From an uncultured Atopobium sp. (GTDB lineage: Bacteria > Actinomycetota > Coriobacteriia > Coriobacteriales > Atopobiaceae), in the NCBI GenBank assembly GCA_937990665.1, contig CALKRF010000155.1, positions 19,295 to 83,294 on the forward strand: a stretch of 64,000 bases of DNA, given 5' to 3'. A program made the position numbers and the translations under genes. Of the stretch, positions 17,624 through 28,262 are shown one piece after another. The notes under the pieces are model-generated. The model was not told the DNA's origin, searched no databases, and saw nothing but the letters and a program-made list of their open reading frames with translations. Every line of letters starts with the position of its first letter. Position 1 is the stretch's first letter.

Positions 17624-19123
17624 TTACCAATCTCGACGACGTACATACCTGATAATCTCAGGGTGTAGTAAATGATACACGTCAAGATATTCATTTGCAG
17701 CGTTATGCCAACTAAAGTCCTCTGCCATCGCCTGTTTTACAAGATTTGCCCACGATTGTTTATCGTTTCTATAAACATCGGCGGCGTACAGAATAATATC
17801 TGCCATTTCATCTGCGTTTTGATTGGCAAAACTAAAACCGGTTCCTTCGCCCGTAAACTGGTTATACGGTTTAACCGAGTCTGCCAAACCGCCCGTCTCG
17901 CGAACAACAGGAAGCGTGCCATAACGCATAGAAATCATCTGAGAAAGACCGCAAGGCTCAAACTCTGATGGCATCAAAAACATATCCGCACCTGCATACA
18001 TGCGGTGAGAAAGCGCAATATCAAACTCAATACGTGCAGCCATACGGTTGCCATAATGCTCATCAAAGTAACGCATAGCATCTTCATGCTCAGCATCGCC
18101 GGTTCCCAGAACAGCAATTTCAAGACCAGCGCAAATAAGGCGATCCATTGCGTAGCGAATCAGGCCCAAGCCTTTCTGGTTAGTCAAGCGCGTAACCATT
18201 ACCGCAAGAGGTACATCTGGATTTACCTCAAGACCCAACTCCTCTTGCAGCTGACGCTTGCACTCAGCCTTACCTTCCATATGACGTGCCGAGAAGTTCT
18301 GTGGAATATAAGGATTGCTTGCAGGTGACCAAGCACCAAGGTCAATACCGTTTAAAATTCCACGCAGAACACTTTGTCGGCGACGGAAGATGTCATCCAT
18401 CCCCTCTCCGAAGTGCTCTGTCTGAAGCTCCTGAGCATACGTTGGACTAACGGTAAGCAGGTAGTCAGAGTAGCAAAGTGCACCCTTCATAAAATTGATA
18501 GAGCTTGCATCGCACCTTAACTGGTCAACTGCTGCTGGGATATCTGCAAGACCTAGCACGTCGCTGAGCATCTTGTCAGTAAACTGACCTTGGAACTTAA
18601 CGTTGTGAATGGAGAAAACCGTCTTAACGTTCTGAACCTCAGGGACACCCTGATAGTGCTCACGTAAAAATACAGGTGCTAATGCCGTTTGCCAGTCATT
18701 GCAGTGCAGAACGTCGCAGGAGAGCTCTGGGACGTGTGCAATCAGCTCACACAGAGCCTTGGAGAAGAACGCATAGCGCTCTCCATCATCAAAGTAGCCA
18801 TAAAGGCCATCACGAGCAAAGTAAGACTCGTTATCTACAAAGTAAAAATCAACGCCTTCATGAACCAGATGCCACAGCCCACAATACTCAAAGCGCCACG
18901 AAAGAGGCACCTGAAGCTCGTAGACCTTCTTCATCTTTTGTTTCCACTCGGGCTTAATAGAGCTGTAGAGTGGCGAGATAACCGCCACTCTTGCTCCTAC
19001 TTTTTTAAGTGCCTGTGGCAATGAGCCCGAAACATCTCCAAGGCCACCCGACTTGGAAAAAGGCGCTACCTCTGAAGTTGCATAGACAACGCGAAGTTTG
19101 CGACGCTTGGAGACTTGGGACAT
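17624..19123 (-). CDS. glgA: Glycogen synthase (ADP-glucose type, GT5)
   Basis: 499 aa. N-terminal SEVAPFSKSGGLGDV, C-terminal PSEFEPCGLSQM and ETGGLADSV. Confidence 0.93.
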   Translation of the reverse strand: MSQVSKRRKLRVVYATSEVAPFSKSGGLGDVSGSLPQALKKVGARVAVISPLYSSIKPEWKQKMKKVYELQVPLSWRFEYCGLWHLVHEGVDFYFVDNESYFARDGLYGYFDDGERYAFFSKALCELIAHVPELSCDVLHCNDWQTALAPVFLREHYQGVPEVQNVKTVFSIHNVKFQGQFTDKMLSDVLGLADIPAAVDQLRCDASSINFMKGALCYSDYLLTVSPTYAQELQTEHFGEGMDDIFRRRQSVLRGILNGIDLGAWSPASNPYIPQNFSARHMEGKAECKRQLQEELGLEVNPDVPLAVMVTRLTNQKGLGLIRYAMDRLICAGLEIAVLGTGDAEHEDAMRYFDEHYGNRMAARIEFDIALSHRMYAGADMFLMPSEFEPCGLSQMISMRYGTLPVVRETGGLADSVKPYNQFTGEGTGFSFANQNADEMADIILYAADVYRNDKQSWANLVKQAMAEDFSWHNAANEYLDVYHLLHPEIIRYVRRRDW

Positions 19124-19125
19124 TG

Positions 19126-20229
19126 TTACGCCACCCTCTTATTGTTTTTACGCTGAAGAAGAATTTCTTCGCTGGTACCACGAAGCTCAGTACCTGCAGG
19201 AATAATGTTAGAACGGTCTACAATAGCGTGCTCGACTACAGAACCTTCCTTAACAATGCAACCTTCCATCACAATAGAATCGCGTACTACTGCGCCACGC
19301 TCAATGATGACGTTACGACCAAGGATGGAACCGGTAACAGATCCACGGATACGACAACCTGCAGAAATAGTAGAGTTACTTACCTTAGAGCCAATATCAA
19401 ACTTTGCAGGAGCGTTATCGTGAGCCTTTGTCTTGATAGAGCGCTCTGGGGTAAAGAGCTCATTTGCGGGCATAGGATTCAAAAGCTCCATGTTTGCATG
19501 GTAGTAAGCATTCTTTGAGAAGATAGATGCTACATGACCTTCAAAGTGGAAGGTGCGAACCTTGACACGATTATAGTCAGCGTGGAGTGCCTCAAAGAGA
19601 TCAAGATAATCAGTAGCTCTATACCAATCAAGCATGTCAATAAGCAAATCGCGCTTGATAATAAAGCAGTCGAGAGAAGCCTCGTCTCCGCGCTGAACAC
19701 CATTGTGCGTTTTAACTACACGGTCACCGTCAAGCTCAACACCAATAACGTCTCTATCGTTATAACGAGTGGTGTAGGTCATCATAGTGATGTCTGCATC
19801 GGACTCAAGATGCTGATCAAGCAGCTCGTTAAGATCAGAGTTAAAAACAAAGTTTGAAGTGGACAGCAGAACATACTCTGCGTCAGTTCTCTCAAGATAA
19901 GGCCTGTTGGAAATCAGATCTCTGAGCAGGAAACGAGCTCCTGCGTGAGAGGTACCAAAAGCGGATCCTGGCAGGATAAACAAGCCTCCGCTCTTGCGGT
20001 CCAAGTTCCAATCTTTACCAGAGCCAAGGTGATCAATAAGTGAGCGATAGTTAAAGGGCATGATTACGCCAACGGTACTAATGTCCGAATTAACCATATT
20101 TGAAAGAGGAAAATCTACCAAGCGATATCTTCCCAAAAAAGGCATGGATGCAATTGGGCGAACATCATTGGCGATTTCCATATTAGTCGAAGCATAATTG
20201 CAGGTAATAAGGCCAATTACTCTATTCAT
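19126..20229 (-). CDS. glgD: Glucose-1-phosphate adenylyltransferase, non-catalytic GlgD subunit
   Basis: 367 aa, homologous in layout to GlgC, including the C-terminal left-handed beta-helix. It lacks the GGxGxRL motif (N-terminus [14 protein letters not shown]). The start overlaps the glgC stop (TAATG). Confidence 0.85.
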   Translation of the reverse strand: MNRVIGLITCNYASTNMEIANDVRPIASMPFLGRYRLVDFPLSNMVNSDISTVGVIMPFNYRSLIDHLGSGKDWNLDRKSGGLFILPGSAFGTSHAGARFLLRDLISNRPYLERTDAEYVLLSTSNFVFNSDLNELLDQHLESDADITMMTYTTRYNDRDVIGVELDGDRVVKTHNGVQRGDEASLDCFIIKRDLLIDMLDWYRATDYLDLFEALHADYNRVKVRTFHFEGHVASIFSKNAYYHANMELLNPMPANELFTPERSIKTKAHDNAPAKFDIGSKVSNSTISAGCRIRGSVTGSILGRNVIIERGAVVRDSIVMEGCIVKEGSVVEHAIVDRSNIIPAGTELRGTSEEILLQRKNNKRVA

Positions 20230-21377
20230 TAGTGCTCACCTCTTTCAACCACTACATCATTTCCAACAACAGCAATCTCTTTATTAAGGTCAGAACTACC
20301 AACGTGGACGTTCTTCTCGACCACAGCGTTCTCACCAAGGATTGCACGAATTACCACCGCACCAGGCTTAACTTCTGCGCCAGGAAGAAGCACGGAGTCA
20401 ATAACGCGAGCTCCCTCGCCAATAACGGCGTCGGTAGACAAAATTGAATGGCGAGAATAACCAAAGACCTGGCATCCGTTGCTTACCAGACAGTCGTCTA
20501 CCTCGCCAAAAGCGCCAATGTACGCTGGTGGACGGGTGGAAGCATTAGACAAAATAGGGAACTTATCCGAGAAGATATCAAACTTAGGCTCAGATCCAAG
20601 TAGATCCATACTGGTCTCGTGATAACTTGCAATGGTGCCTACATCGCGCCAGAAACCCTCAAAGCGATAGGCAAAAAGACGTTTACCATCATCAAGCAAC
20701 GACGGAATAATATCGCCGCCAAAGTCATGAGAAGATTCAGGATTCTTTGCGTCCTCACGCAAAGTCTCAAGAAGCAGGTCTGTGCTAAAGATATAGATTC
20801 CCATGGACGCCAGGTTGGACTCTGGCTCTTTGGGTTTCTCGGAAAACTTGGTGATTCTATCCTCATCATCAATGGACATGATGCCAAAGCGAGAAGCCTC
20901 TTCCCAAGGAACAGGCATAACAGCAATGGTGAGGTCTGCGTTGTTCTTCTTATGGCAGGCGAGCATCTCGCCGTAGTCCATACGGTAAAGCTGATCGCCA
21001 GAGAGAATTAGTACGTAATCAGGGTTATTCTGCTCAATGTAACCAATATTCTGGGTGACGGCATCTGCGGTTCCCGCATACCACGCACCACCAGACTGTG
21101 TTGCGAAGGGAGGAAGAATAGAAATTCCACCACCGCGCTCATCAAGGTCCCAAGCACTACCTGATCCCACGTAAGAGTGCAGCAAATACGGACGGTACTG
21201 TGTCAAAACACCTACCGTAGAAATTCCTGAATTTGCGCAGTTGGATAATGCAAAGTCAATAATGCGGAACTTGCCACCAAACGAGACAGCAGGTTTAGCT
21301 ACTTTTGAGGTCAAAGCACCTAAGCGGCTTCCCTGTCCTCCTGCAAGTAGCATTGCAAGACATTCCCTTTTGCTCAT
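20229..21377 (-). CDS. glgC: Glucose-1-phosphate adenylyltransferase
   Basis: [24 protein letters not shown], and a hexapeptide-repeat C-terminus. The ATG at 21377 follows GAGAGGAG (the ORF-track TTG is at 21383). Confidence 0.92.
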   Translation of the reverse strand: MSKRECLAMLLAGGQGSRLGALTSKVAKPAVSFGGKFRIIDFALSNCANSGISTVGVLTQYRPYLLHSYVGSGSAWDLDERGGGISILPPFATQSGGAWYAGTADAVTQNIGYIEQNNPDYVLILSGDQLYRMDYGEMLACHKKNNADLTIAVMPVPWEEASRFGIMSIDDEDRITKFSEKPKEPESNLASMGIYIFSTDLLLETLREDAKNPESSHDFGGDIIPSLLDDGKRLFAYRFEGFWRDVGTIASYHETSMDLLGSEPKFDIFSDKFPILSNASTRPPAYIGAFGEVDDCLVSNGCQVFGYSRHSILSTDAVIGEGARVIDSVLLPGAEVKPGAVVIRAILGENAVVEKNVHVGSSDLNKEIAVVGNDVVVERGEH

Positions 21378-21452
21378 ATCCAAATCTCCTCTCTCCCCAA
21401 CAGAGGTCTATATTCTCAACGTCCTACGACGATTGAACCTAAACGCAGATCC

Positions 21453-23882
21453 TTACACGTGCCAAATATCTTCCATGTACTCCCTGATAGTTCTATCAGC
21501 CGAGAAGAAACCAGAGTTTGCGGTATTGTGAAGTGCACGAGCATTCCAGCTACGACGATCTGCATAGGACTGAGTAAGCTCTTCCCATGCCTTCACATAG
21601 GCATCAAAGTCAATAAGCACCAGGTCAGGATCATTGTTAATCAGCAGATAGTCACGAATTGACTCAAAGTTGCCAGAGAGTCGGCTCAAAGAACCATCGG
21701 TCAGCATATTTACAATGCGAGCCAGCGTTGGGTTCTGGTTAAGCAGGTTTTGTGCAAAGTAGGTGCCGGAAGCATATACCTGTTGGACCTCGTCTGCACG
21801 GAGACCAAAAATCTTAATGTTCTCTGGTCCTGCAAGCTCAGAGATCTCAATATTTGAACCGTCATATGTTCCAAGGGTCAGAGCCGCATTCATCATAAGC
21901 TTCATGTTTGAGGTACCAGAAGCCTCTGCACCAGCAACCGAAATCTGCTCTGAAATATCAGATGCGGCATAAATAAGCTGTGCATTTGAAACAGCAAAGT
22001 TTGGAATAAAGACAACCTTCAGACGACCCTCAATACGCTCGTCGTTGTTAACCACGTCTGCAACGGAGTGAATAAGTCGAATGACTTCCTTTGCAAAGGT
22101 ATAGCTCTGAGCAGCCTTGCCCGAGAAAATAAAGGTTGTTGGAGCTGGCTTATAGCTTGAATCATCAAGCATGCGGTTGTAGAGATACAAAATCTTAAAG
22201 ACATTAAGCAGCTGACGCTTATATGCATGGAAGCGTTTTACCTGCGTATCAAAGATGGTATTGGTATCCATCTCAACACCGGCTGTCTTCTTGACGTATG
22301 CAGCAAGACGCTCTTTTTCTTCTCTCTTAGCAGCGTCCATCTTGTCCAAGAACTCAGCGTCATTCTCAAAGGCAGAAAGTTTTTTGAGCTCGTTGGCATC
22401 ATCAAGCCAGCCGGTACCGATAGCCTCAGTAATAAGCTTTGCGTAAGCGGTATTAGCCTGTGCCAAGAAACGACGGTGGCAGATGCCATTAGTCTTGTTA
22501 TTAAAGATTTCTGGACGAAGCTTGTAGAAATCCTTCAAAACACTCTGCTTCAAAATGTTTGTGTGCAGGTCAGAGACGCCATTAACCGAGTGGCTAAACA
22601 GAATAGAGAGGTTAGCCATACGAACGGTGTTGTCCCACAAAACAGCAGTTGAGGCGAGAAGATCGGTGTTGCCGTTAGAGTCAGCAAGCAGCTGCTCCTT
22701 ATAGAGGCGATCAACCTCATCAATAAACATATACAGGCGGGGAAGCAGCTCACGGAAGGTGTTGATAGGCCACTTCTCAAGAGCCTCAGGCATAACGGTG
22801 TGGTTGGTATAAGAGATTGCGTTTCTCGCTATATCAAATGCCTTGTTAAAGTCAACGCCATGGTCATCGACAAGCAGACGCATAAGCTCTGGTCCGCACA
22901 TTGCAGGGTGCGTATCGTTAGTGTGGATACAGACGTGATCTGCAAAGTGGTCCCAATCCTCACCGTACTTATCCTTGTAAGCACGAAGAATGGTCTGAAG
23001 ACCAGCGGAGACAAACAGGTACTCCTGCTTCAAGCGAAGAATGCGTCCGTGCTCACCAGAGTCATTTGGATACAAAATGGTTGAGATTGCCTCAACGTCA
23101 GAGCGGAACTTATTAGCACGTGCATAATCGCCGGCGTTAAAAGCATCAAGATCAAAGTCTTCCTCTGCTGGTTCTGCAGACCAAAGACGCAGTTTATTTA
23201 CGGTCTTTGCGCCATAACCAACAATAGGCACATCGTATGGAACAGCCCTTACTACCTGGCCACCCTCTTGCGAGAACCAGAAGTTGCCATTCTCGTCCTC
23301 ATGCCTTACAACGGTGCCACCAAAGCGCACTAGTACGCTGGAATCATCTTTTCTGACTTCCCAAGGATATCCATTTGCCAGCCAGTTATCGGTACGCTCT
23401 ACCTGGCGTCCATCCTTAATCTCCTGACGGAAGAGGCCGTAGCGGTATCTCATGCCATTACCAAAGCCAGCCATTCCCTCGTGTGCCATGGAGTCCAGGA
23501 AGCACGCGGCGAGCCTACCCAGACCACCATTGCCAAGACCAGGATCTACCTCTTGAGCAGCAAGCTCCTGAAGAGACGTACCCATCTCTTTAAGGCCCTC
23601 TGCAACAACGTCGGTAATACCAAGATTGAGCAGGTAATTTTCAAGCAGTGGTCCTAGAAGGAACTCAAGGGAGAAGTAATAGACCTGCTTGTTTGCATGA
23701 ATATAGGAGGTTGACTGAATTTCTCGCGCCTTTTCTGCAATGAGGTGAGCAAGAACGTTATAGCGCTCCTGATCAGTGCACTCTCCATAGTATTTGCCAA
23801 GAATCTTGATGAACTTATCACGATACTGCTCTTCAAAATCTTGTTTATCGGTAAAAATGTTTTGTCCGTTATTTACGGCCAT
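21453..23882 (-). CDS. glgP: Glycogen/maltodextrin phosphorylase (GT35)
   Basis: About 809 aa. PLP-lysine region EASGTSNMKLMMNAAL, plus GLGNGGLGRLAACFLDS. The ATG at 23882 follows GAGGGGGAAGC. The ORF-track start 23912 lies inside glgB. Confidence 0.92.
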   Translation of the reverse strand: MAVNNGQNIFTDKQDFEEQYRDKFIKILGKYYGECTDQERYNVLAHLIAEKAREIQSTSYIHANKQVYYFSLEFLLGPLLENYLLNLGITDVVAEGLKEMGTSLQELAAQEVDPGLGNGGLGRLAACFLDSMAHEGMAGFGNGMRYRYGLFRQEIKDGRQVERTDNWLANGYPWEVRKDDSSVLVRFGGTVVRHEDENGNFWFSQEGGQVVRAVPYDVPIVGYGAKTVNKLRLWSAEPAEEDFDLDAFNAGDYARANKFRSDVEAISTILYPNDSGEHGRILRLKQEYLFVSAGLQTILRAYKDKYGEDWDHFADHVCIHTNDTHPAMCGPELMRLLVDDHGVDFNKAFDIARNAISYTNHTVMPEALEKWPINTFRELLPRLYMFIDEVDRLYKEQLLADSNGNTDLLASTAVLWDNTVRMANLSILFSHSVNGVSDLHTNILKQSVLKDFYKLRPEIFNNKTNGICHRRFLAQANTAYAKLITEAIGTGWLDDANELKKLSAFENDAEFLDKMDAAKREEKERLAAYVKKTAGVEMDTNTIFDTQVKRFHAYKRQLLNVFKILYLYNRMLDDSSYKPAPTTFIFSGKAAQSYTFAKEVIRLIHSVADVVNNDERIEGRLKVVFIPNFAVSNAQLIYAASDISEQISVAGAEASGTSNMKLMMNAALTLGTYDGSNIEISELAGPENIKIFGLRADEVQQVYASGTYFAQNLLNQNPTLARIVNMLTDGSLSRLSGNFESIRDYLLINNDPDLVLIDFDAYVKAWEELTQSYADRRSWNARALHNTANSGFFSADRTIREYMEDIWHV

Positions 23883-25884
23883 GCTTCCCCCTCTTTGGAA
23901 GTTCTTTCTCAAACGCTAAAACAATGCCACCAAGCGGAGGAACAGACAGTTCTACCGAATAATCTCTTCCATTCCATGCCACTGGCTTAGTGGAAAGTTT
24001 CTTAGTATTCACAATACCCGAACCGCCAAATTCTTTTGCGTCGGAATTGAACACTTCTTTCCACACACCTGCAGAAGGCATGCCTAAACGGAATTTCTGA
24101 TGGGTTGCAACGTCAAAATTGATGAGAATAACCAGGTCCTCGGAAGGCTTTCTTCCGTGACGAACAAACGAGATGATTGATTGCTCATTATTGTCTGCGT
24201 CAATCCAATCAAATCCACGGTTGTCGTAGGCATGCTGCCAAAGTCCTGGATGATTCTTATAGAAATGATTAAGGGCCTTAATAAATGCCTGCTGATGAGC
24301 GTGAGTTGGATACTCCTCAGTCAAGTAATACTCAATACCCTCGTAGTAGCGCCACTCAATAAACTGCGCAATCTCGTTGCCCATAAAGTTGAGCTTAGCG
24401 CCCGGATGAGTCATCTGATGAAGCGCCAAAGCCCTCATGCCAGCAAACTGTCTCCACCAATCTCCCGGCATGCGCTGAATAAGACTGCACTTACCATGAA
24501 CAACCTCGTCATGGCTCAGTGGCAGTACAAAGTTCTCATTGAACTGATACATGCTGGAGAAAGTCAGAAGACGGTGGTTACCTGGTCTATAAGGGAAATC
24601 AGTCTGACAATAGTGCAGCGTATCATTCATCCAGCCCATGTCCCACTTAAGGTTAAAGCCAAGTCCCCCAACCTCGGGAGGATAGGTAACCAGCGGCCAT
24701 GCTGTGGACTCTTCTGCAATCATCAAAATATCGGGATGTTCTTTTTGAGCTGTCTCGTTGCAGAGACGCAAGAAAGCGCTTGCATCCAAATCTTCCTCTG
24801 TGCCCTTATGGTTAAAGCGCTTCTGAGAAGGATCGTCGATACCAAAATTCAAATACAGCATGCTACTGACACCGTCAACACGAATGCCATCAGCGTGATA
24901 GTCCTTCAGCCACATAAGCAGGTTAGAAACAAGGAAGCTTCTAACCTCACCACGAGTAAGATCAAACTTAAGAGTTCCCCAGTTAGGATGCTCTTTTTCT
25001 TCAAAGAGCTTGGTACCATCAAACTCCGCAAGACCATGAGCATCTTTACAGAAGCCTCCTGGGACCCAGTCTAAAATGACACCAATACCAGCCTGGTGGC
25101 AGCAGTCAATAAAGTGTTTGAACTGGGCAGGATTGCCATACCTTGAGGTGGGAGCAAAATAACCCGTTACCTGATAACCCCAAGATCCGTCAAAAGGATG
25201 CTCCATAACAGGGAGAAGCTCAATGTGGGTGTAGCCCATATCTTTAACATAGGCTACCAGCTCTTCTGAGAGGTCATCATAGGTGTAGAAGGCATCTACG
25301 TTGGTGTCAAAATAGTCCTTGGGTTCTTCAGTCTGCTCTACAGTCTCTGTATCAGCAGAATCTTCCTCTTGGGCAGTCAGGTCAGTATGCTGCTTCCAGC
25401 TCCCAAGATGAACTTCAAAGATGTTAAGAGGACTATGCAGGAACTTAAGTGTTGCACGCCTTTTCATCCATGCTTCGTCTTCCCAAACGTACACGTCTGG
25501 GTCAAACGTAATAGATGCCGTATGTGGTCTGACCTCCGCATAGGTACCATAGGGGTCAGCCTTAAAAATCTTCTGTCCAGAAGCGGATACAATCAGGAAT
25601 TTATACAATACTTCCGAGGTGATTCCTGGAATAAAACCTTCCCAGATTCCGCCATGATTTGAGCGAGAAAGAACGTTGACGGTATCATCCCAATTATTAA
25701 AGTCTCCAACAACAGAGACAGAGGCTGCATTGGGGGCCCAAACCGCAAAATGATAACCTTCAACTCCATCTTCTTGAACCGCAGGGTGTGCACCTAATTT
25801 CTTATGACTCTGGAACCATTTTCCTTGCGCAAACAAGTATGCATCCTGGTCACTCACTGCTAACGATGCATTTAACTCTGCCAT
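23869..25884 (-). CDS. glgB: 1,4-alpha-glucan branching enzyme (GH13_9)
   Basis: Motifs ILDWVPGGF, GIRVDGVSSMLY, MIAEESTAWP, LPLSHDEVVHGK. The ATG at 25884 follows GGGGGTGAGT. The 3' end overlaps the glgP start by 14 nt. Confidence 0.92.
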   Translation of the reverse strand: MAELNASLAVSDQDAYLFAQGKWFQSHKKLGAHPAVQEDGVEGYHFAVWAPNAASVSVVGDFNNWDDTVNVLSRSNHGGIWEGFIPGITSEVLYKFLIVSASGQKIFKADPYGTYAEVRPHTASITFDPDVYVWEDEAWMKRRATLKFLHSPLNIFEVHLGSWKQHTDLTAQEEDSADTETVEQTEEPKDYFDTNVDAFYTYDDLSEELVAYVKDMGYTHIELLPVMEHPFDGSWGYQVTGYFAPTSRYGNPAQFKHFIDCCHQAGIGVILDWVPGGFCKDAHGLAEFDGTKLFEEKEHPNWGTLKFDLTRGEVRSFLVSNLLMWLKDYHADGIRVDGVSSMLYLNFGIDDPSQKRFNHKGTEEDLDASAFLRLCNETAQKEHPDILMIAEESTAWPLVTYPPEVGGLGFNLKWDMGWMNDTLHYCQTDFPYRPGNHRLLTFSSMYQFNENFVLPLSHDEVVHGKCSLIQRMPGDWWRQFAGMRALALHQMTHPGAKLNFMGNEIAQFIEWRYYEGIEYYLTEEYPTHAHQQAFIKALNHFYKNHPGLWQHAYDNRGFDWIDADNNEQSIISFVRHGRKPSEDLVILINFDVATHQKFRLGMPSAGVWKEVFNSDAKEFGGSGIVNTKKLSTKPVAWNGRDYSVELSVPPLGGIVLAFEKELPKRGKHGRK

Positions 25885-26087
25885 ACTCACCCCCGCGCTT
25901 ACCAATGAAATCTACGCATCTTATAGATTTGTTATCCATAAAGACTCGTAGTTGATAGTTACTAAGATAAACCATTACAAGGTAAAACACGGTGACAAAC
26001 AGTCAATATGACTTTCACCGATAAAAAACGACCGTACGCGTTATTTTTTGTTTTTACCGATTTTTGTTAATAATAGTGAATAAAAAT

Positions 26088-26131
26088 TGCAACTAAAAGA
26101 AATGGCAGCTTATCCAAATAAACTGCCATTT
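26088..26131 (-). terminator. Rho-independent terminator after the ADH-family gene
   Basis: AAATGGCAG (26100-26108) pairs with CTGCCATTT (26123-26131). On the minus strand it is followed by CTTTTAGTTGCAATTTTT. Confidence 0.6.
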
Positions 26132-26224
26132 GATACAAAAACTTTTTATATAACCGTGAAGCGACTTAAGAAAGCTGGCTCCTACAAGTCCTCTTCCTAA
26201 AGTGATTCTTCAGGTTACTTGCAG

Positions 26225-27451
26225 CTACATCTTGCGTGGTACAGCCGTCTCAGCTGAAGGAGCATGTGCAGCAATTACATCAAGAGCTGCTGTCTCTTGG
26301 TCCTTCTCGCCCGAAGCAACTGCCCTACCGTATGCGTCGGTATCAAGAATTGCCTGGCGGAAGCGATCAGTTGTAAATCCATAAGGAGCGCGACCCCACT
26401 CGTTGGTCTTCTGAGATCGCTCAACAATGATGTCCAGGTCAGCGTCAACTGATTCTGGAGTAATGTCCAGATCGGCCAAGGTGGTTGGGAGACCAAGCTT
26501 TCTATTAAGCGCCACCTGCTCCTCAAGTGCCTTAAGGTTGCCGTCAAAGGCATAAAGAACGCAGGTACCAAAGGAAACAACCTCACCATGAAGGTGTTTC
26601 TCGCCACGCTCGCCCAGAGCAGTAAAGGCATTGTAGAAGGCATGAGCGGTTGAGGAATTGAAGTAATACGCACCGCGCTCAGCACCAATATTGGTGGTCA
26701 TGTTAGACACCACGCCAGCGGTAATAATGATGTTAAGAACAACGTTTTCAAATGCCTCAGAGACAACGCCGGCGCGCTTATCTGCCAGTGCCTGCTCTGC
26801 ATTATCAAACAGAGGCTCAATGCAGGCACCTGCGGCAAGGGCTCGTCCCATAAGAGGGCTGTGGAGCAGCTCAACTTCTCTGGAAGAAAGTTCAACCTCA
26901 GGACCCTTAGAGAAGGCATCGCCAATTCCTGCCCAGAAGTACTCATCAGGGCTCTCTGCAATAATCTGCGTATCAATAAAGGTATGAACAGGTAACTCAG
27001 CAGGAATGAAGTACGTATCTGCAGAACCATCCTCTTTATAGAAAACAGCAATTCTTGTTACAGGAGCGCAGTTAGAAGCAAGTGTTGGGAAGGTAAAGTA
27101 TGGCTTGTCCAGAATAGTTGCAATCTCTTTACCCTCATCAATTGCACGACCACCACCAACAAGGAAGAGCATATCAGCAGCAATAACCTCAGGCATTGCT
27201 GCAATTCTCTTGGCATTTGCGTGCGTAGAGTTAGTGCCGTAAGAAATCCAAGAAGAGATAGAAACCTCAGAATCCGCAAGTGCAGCCTCAAGCTTTGGGC
27301 GTGCCTTCTCCATTGCAGTTGGTCCACCAATGACTACGGCATTTTTGCCAAAGCGCTTAACAATATGCAGTACCGACTTATAAGCATCAACACCAATGGT
27401 GTATGAAGGCAGATACTCCGTAAATGTTCCGCGAGATTCCATCTTTTCCAT
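26225..27451 (-). CDS. Iron-containing alcohol dehydrogenase family protein (glycerol dehydrogenase-like)
   Basis: About 408 aa. Rossmann-like GGGRAIDEGK, a metal/His region HGEVVSFG, and a roughly 50-aa C-terminal extension. The ATG at 27451 follows TTGGAGGACGCT. Confidence 0.65.
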   Translation of the reverse strand: MEKMESRGTFTEYLPSYTIGVDAYKSVLHIVKRFGKNAVVIGGPTAMEKARPKLEAALADSEVSISSWISYGTNSTHANAKRIAAMPEVIAADMLFLVGGGRAIDEGKEIATILDKPYFTFPTLASNCAPVTRIAVFYKEDGSADTYFIPAELPVHTFIDTQIIAESPDEYFWAGIGDAFSKGPEVELSSREVELLHSPLMGRALAAGACIEPLFDNAEQALADKRAGVVSEAFENVVLNIIITAGVVSNMTTNIGAERGAYYFNSSTAHAFYNAFTALGERGEKHLHGEVVSFGTCVLYAFDGNLKALEEQVALNRKLGLPTTLADLDITPESVDADLDIIVERSQKTNEWGRAPYGFTTDRFRQAILDTDAYGRAVASGEKDQETAALDVIAAHAPSAETAVPRKM

Positions 27452-27502
27452 AGCGTCCTCCAAAACCTATCTCAGAAAAGCGAGAATATAACTTTAACTG
27501 AA

Positions 27503-28249
27503 CTAGTTATGTTTTTGCAGCATAAATCCTTGAACGAGCGTTTCCTCTGCCTCTTTATAGGCTGACGAGAAAAACTCAGTATCAAGCATTTGATACTGCG
27601 GGCAGCTCACACTATTCTGGCGATTCTCCTCTGCAATGCGCTGTATAACCTGAAGTGTTTGCTCAACATCTGAATGCGTAAACCCATACTGTGGATGAGC
27701 TGCAGCAACCGCAAAGAGCTCATCAGATGCTTCTGGCAGACGATTCATATCAAGCGAGCGCCCGTAAACATCAAAATCTGCTTGCTTACGAATACGTGCA
27801 TCTTCTCCTGTCGGAATATGATGAGCACGCAAAAATGCCCGTGTATGAGTGTTATATACATGGTCGCAAACAAGGTGGCACCAAATGCCCACGATAAGCT
27901 CTCTGAGCTGGCGCTGATCTACTAAGCTGCGCTGCTCAGCTGAGCAATAACTCACATTTTGCTGGATGAAGTCAGTCTGTAGTAGATACTCTGCTGGGTT
28001 AAGGCCACCCATAAAATTACGCTGATAGCGCCTGTAACTTGGAATAGGCAAACTTCCTGGGTATGACTGATGGCTTCGACCGTACCTCACCTTGTGAGAA
28101 TAGTCTGGAACCATAAAGCCAATGTGCACATCAGGAGCAACGTTTCCAAGCAGAAATGCATCAGGGTAGTGAATATCTACACCCAAGCAACCGGCTCCTT
28201 TCTCAAGGAGCCGGTCAGCATGAGCAATATGTACGTTCCAACTTGGCAC
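27503..28249 (-). CDS. Hypothetical protein, possibly zinc-dependent phospholipase C-like fold
   Basis: The ORF track runs to 28462, but the first 71 codons overlap the pheT 3' end. The GTG at 28249 gives MPSWNVHIAH..., 14 nt after the pheT stop. W-x-x-H at the N-terminus, LLGNVAPD and HLVCDHVYN resemble the Zn-PLC family pattern. The start and the function are both uncertain. Confidence 0.4.
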   Translation of the reverse strand: MPSWNVHIAHADRLLEKGAGCLGVDIHYPDAFLLGNVAPDVHIGFMVPDYSHKVRYGRSHQSYPGSLPIPSYRRYQRNFMGGLNPAEYLLQTDFIQQNVSYCSAEQRSLVDQRQLRELIVGIWCHLVCDHVYNTHTRAFLRAHHIPTGEDARIRKQADFDVYGRSLDMNRLPEASDELFAVAAAHPQYGFTHSDVEQTLQVIQRIAEENRQNSVSCPQYQMLDTEFFSSAYKEAEETLVQGFMLQKHN

Positions 28250-28262
28250 TACAATTACCTGC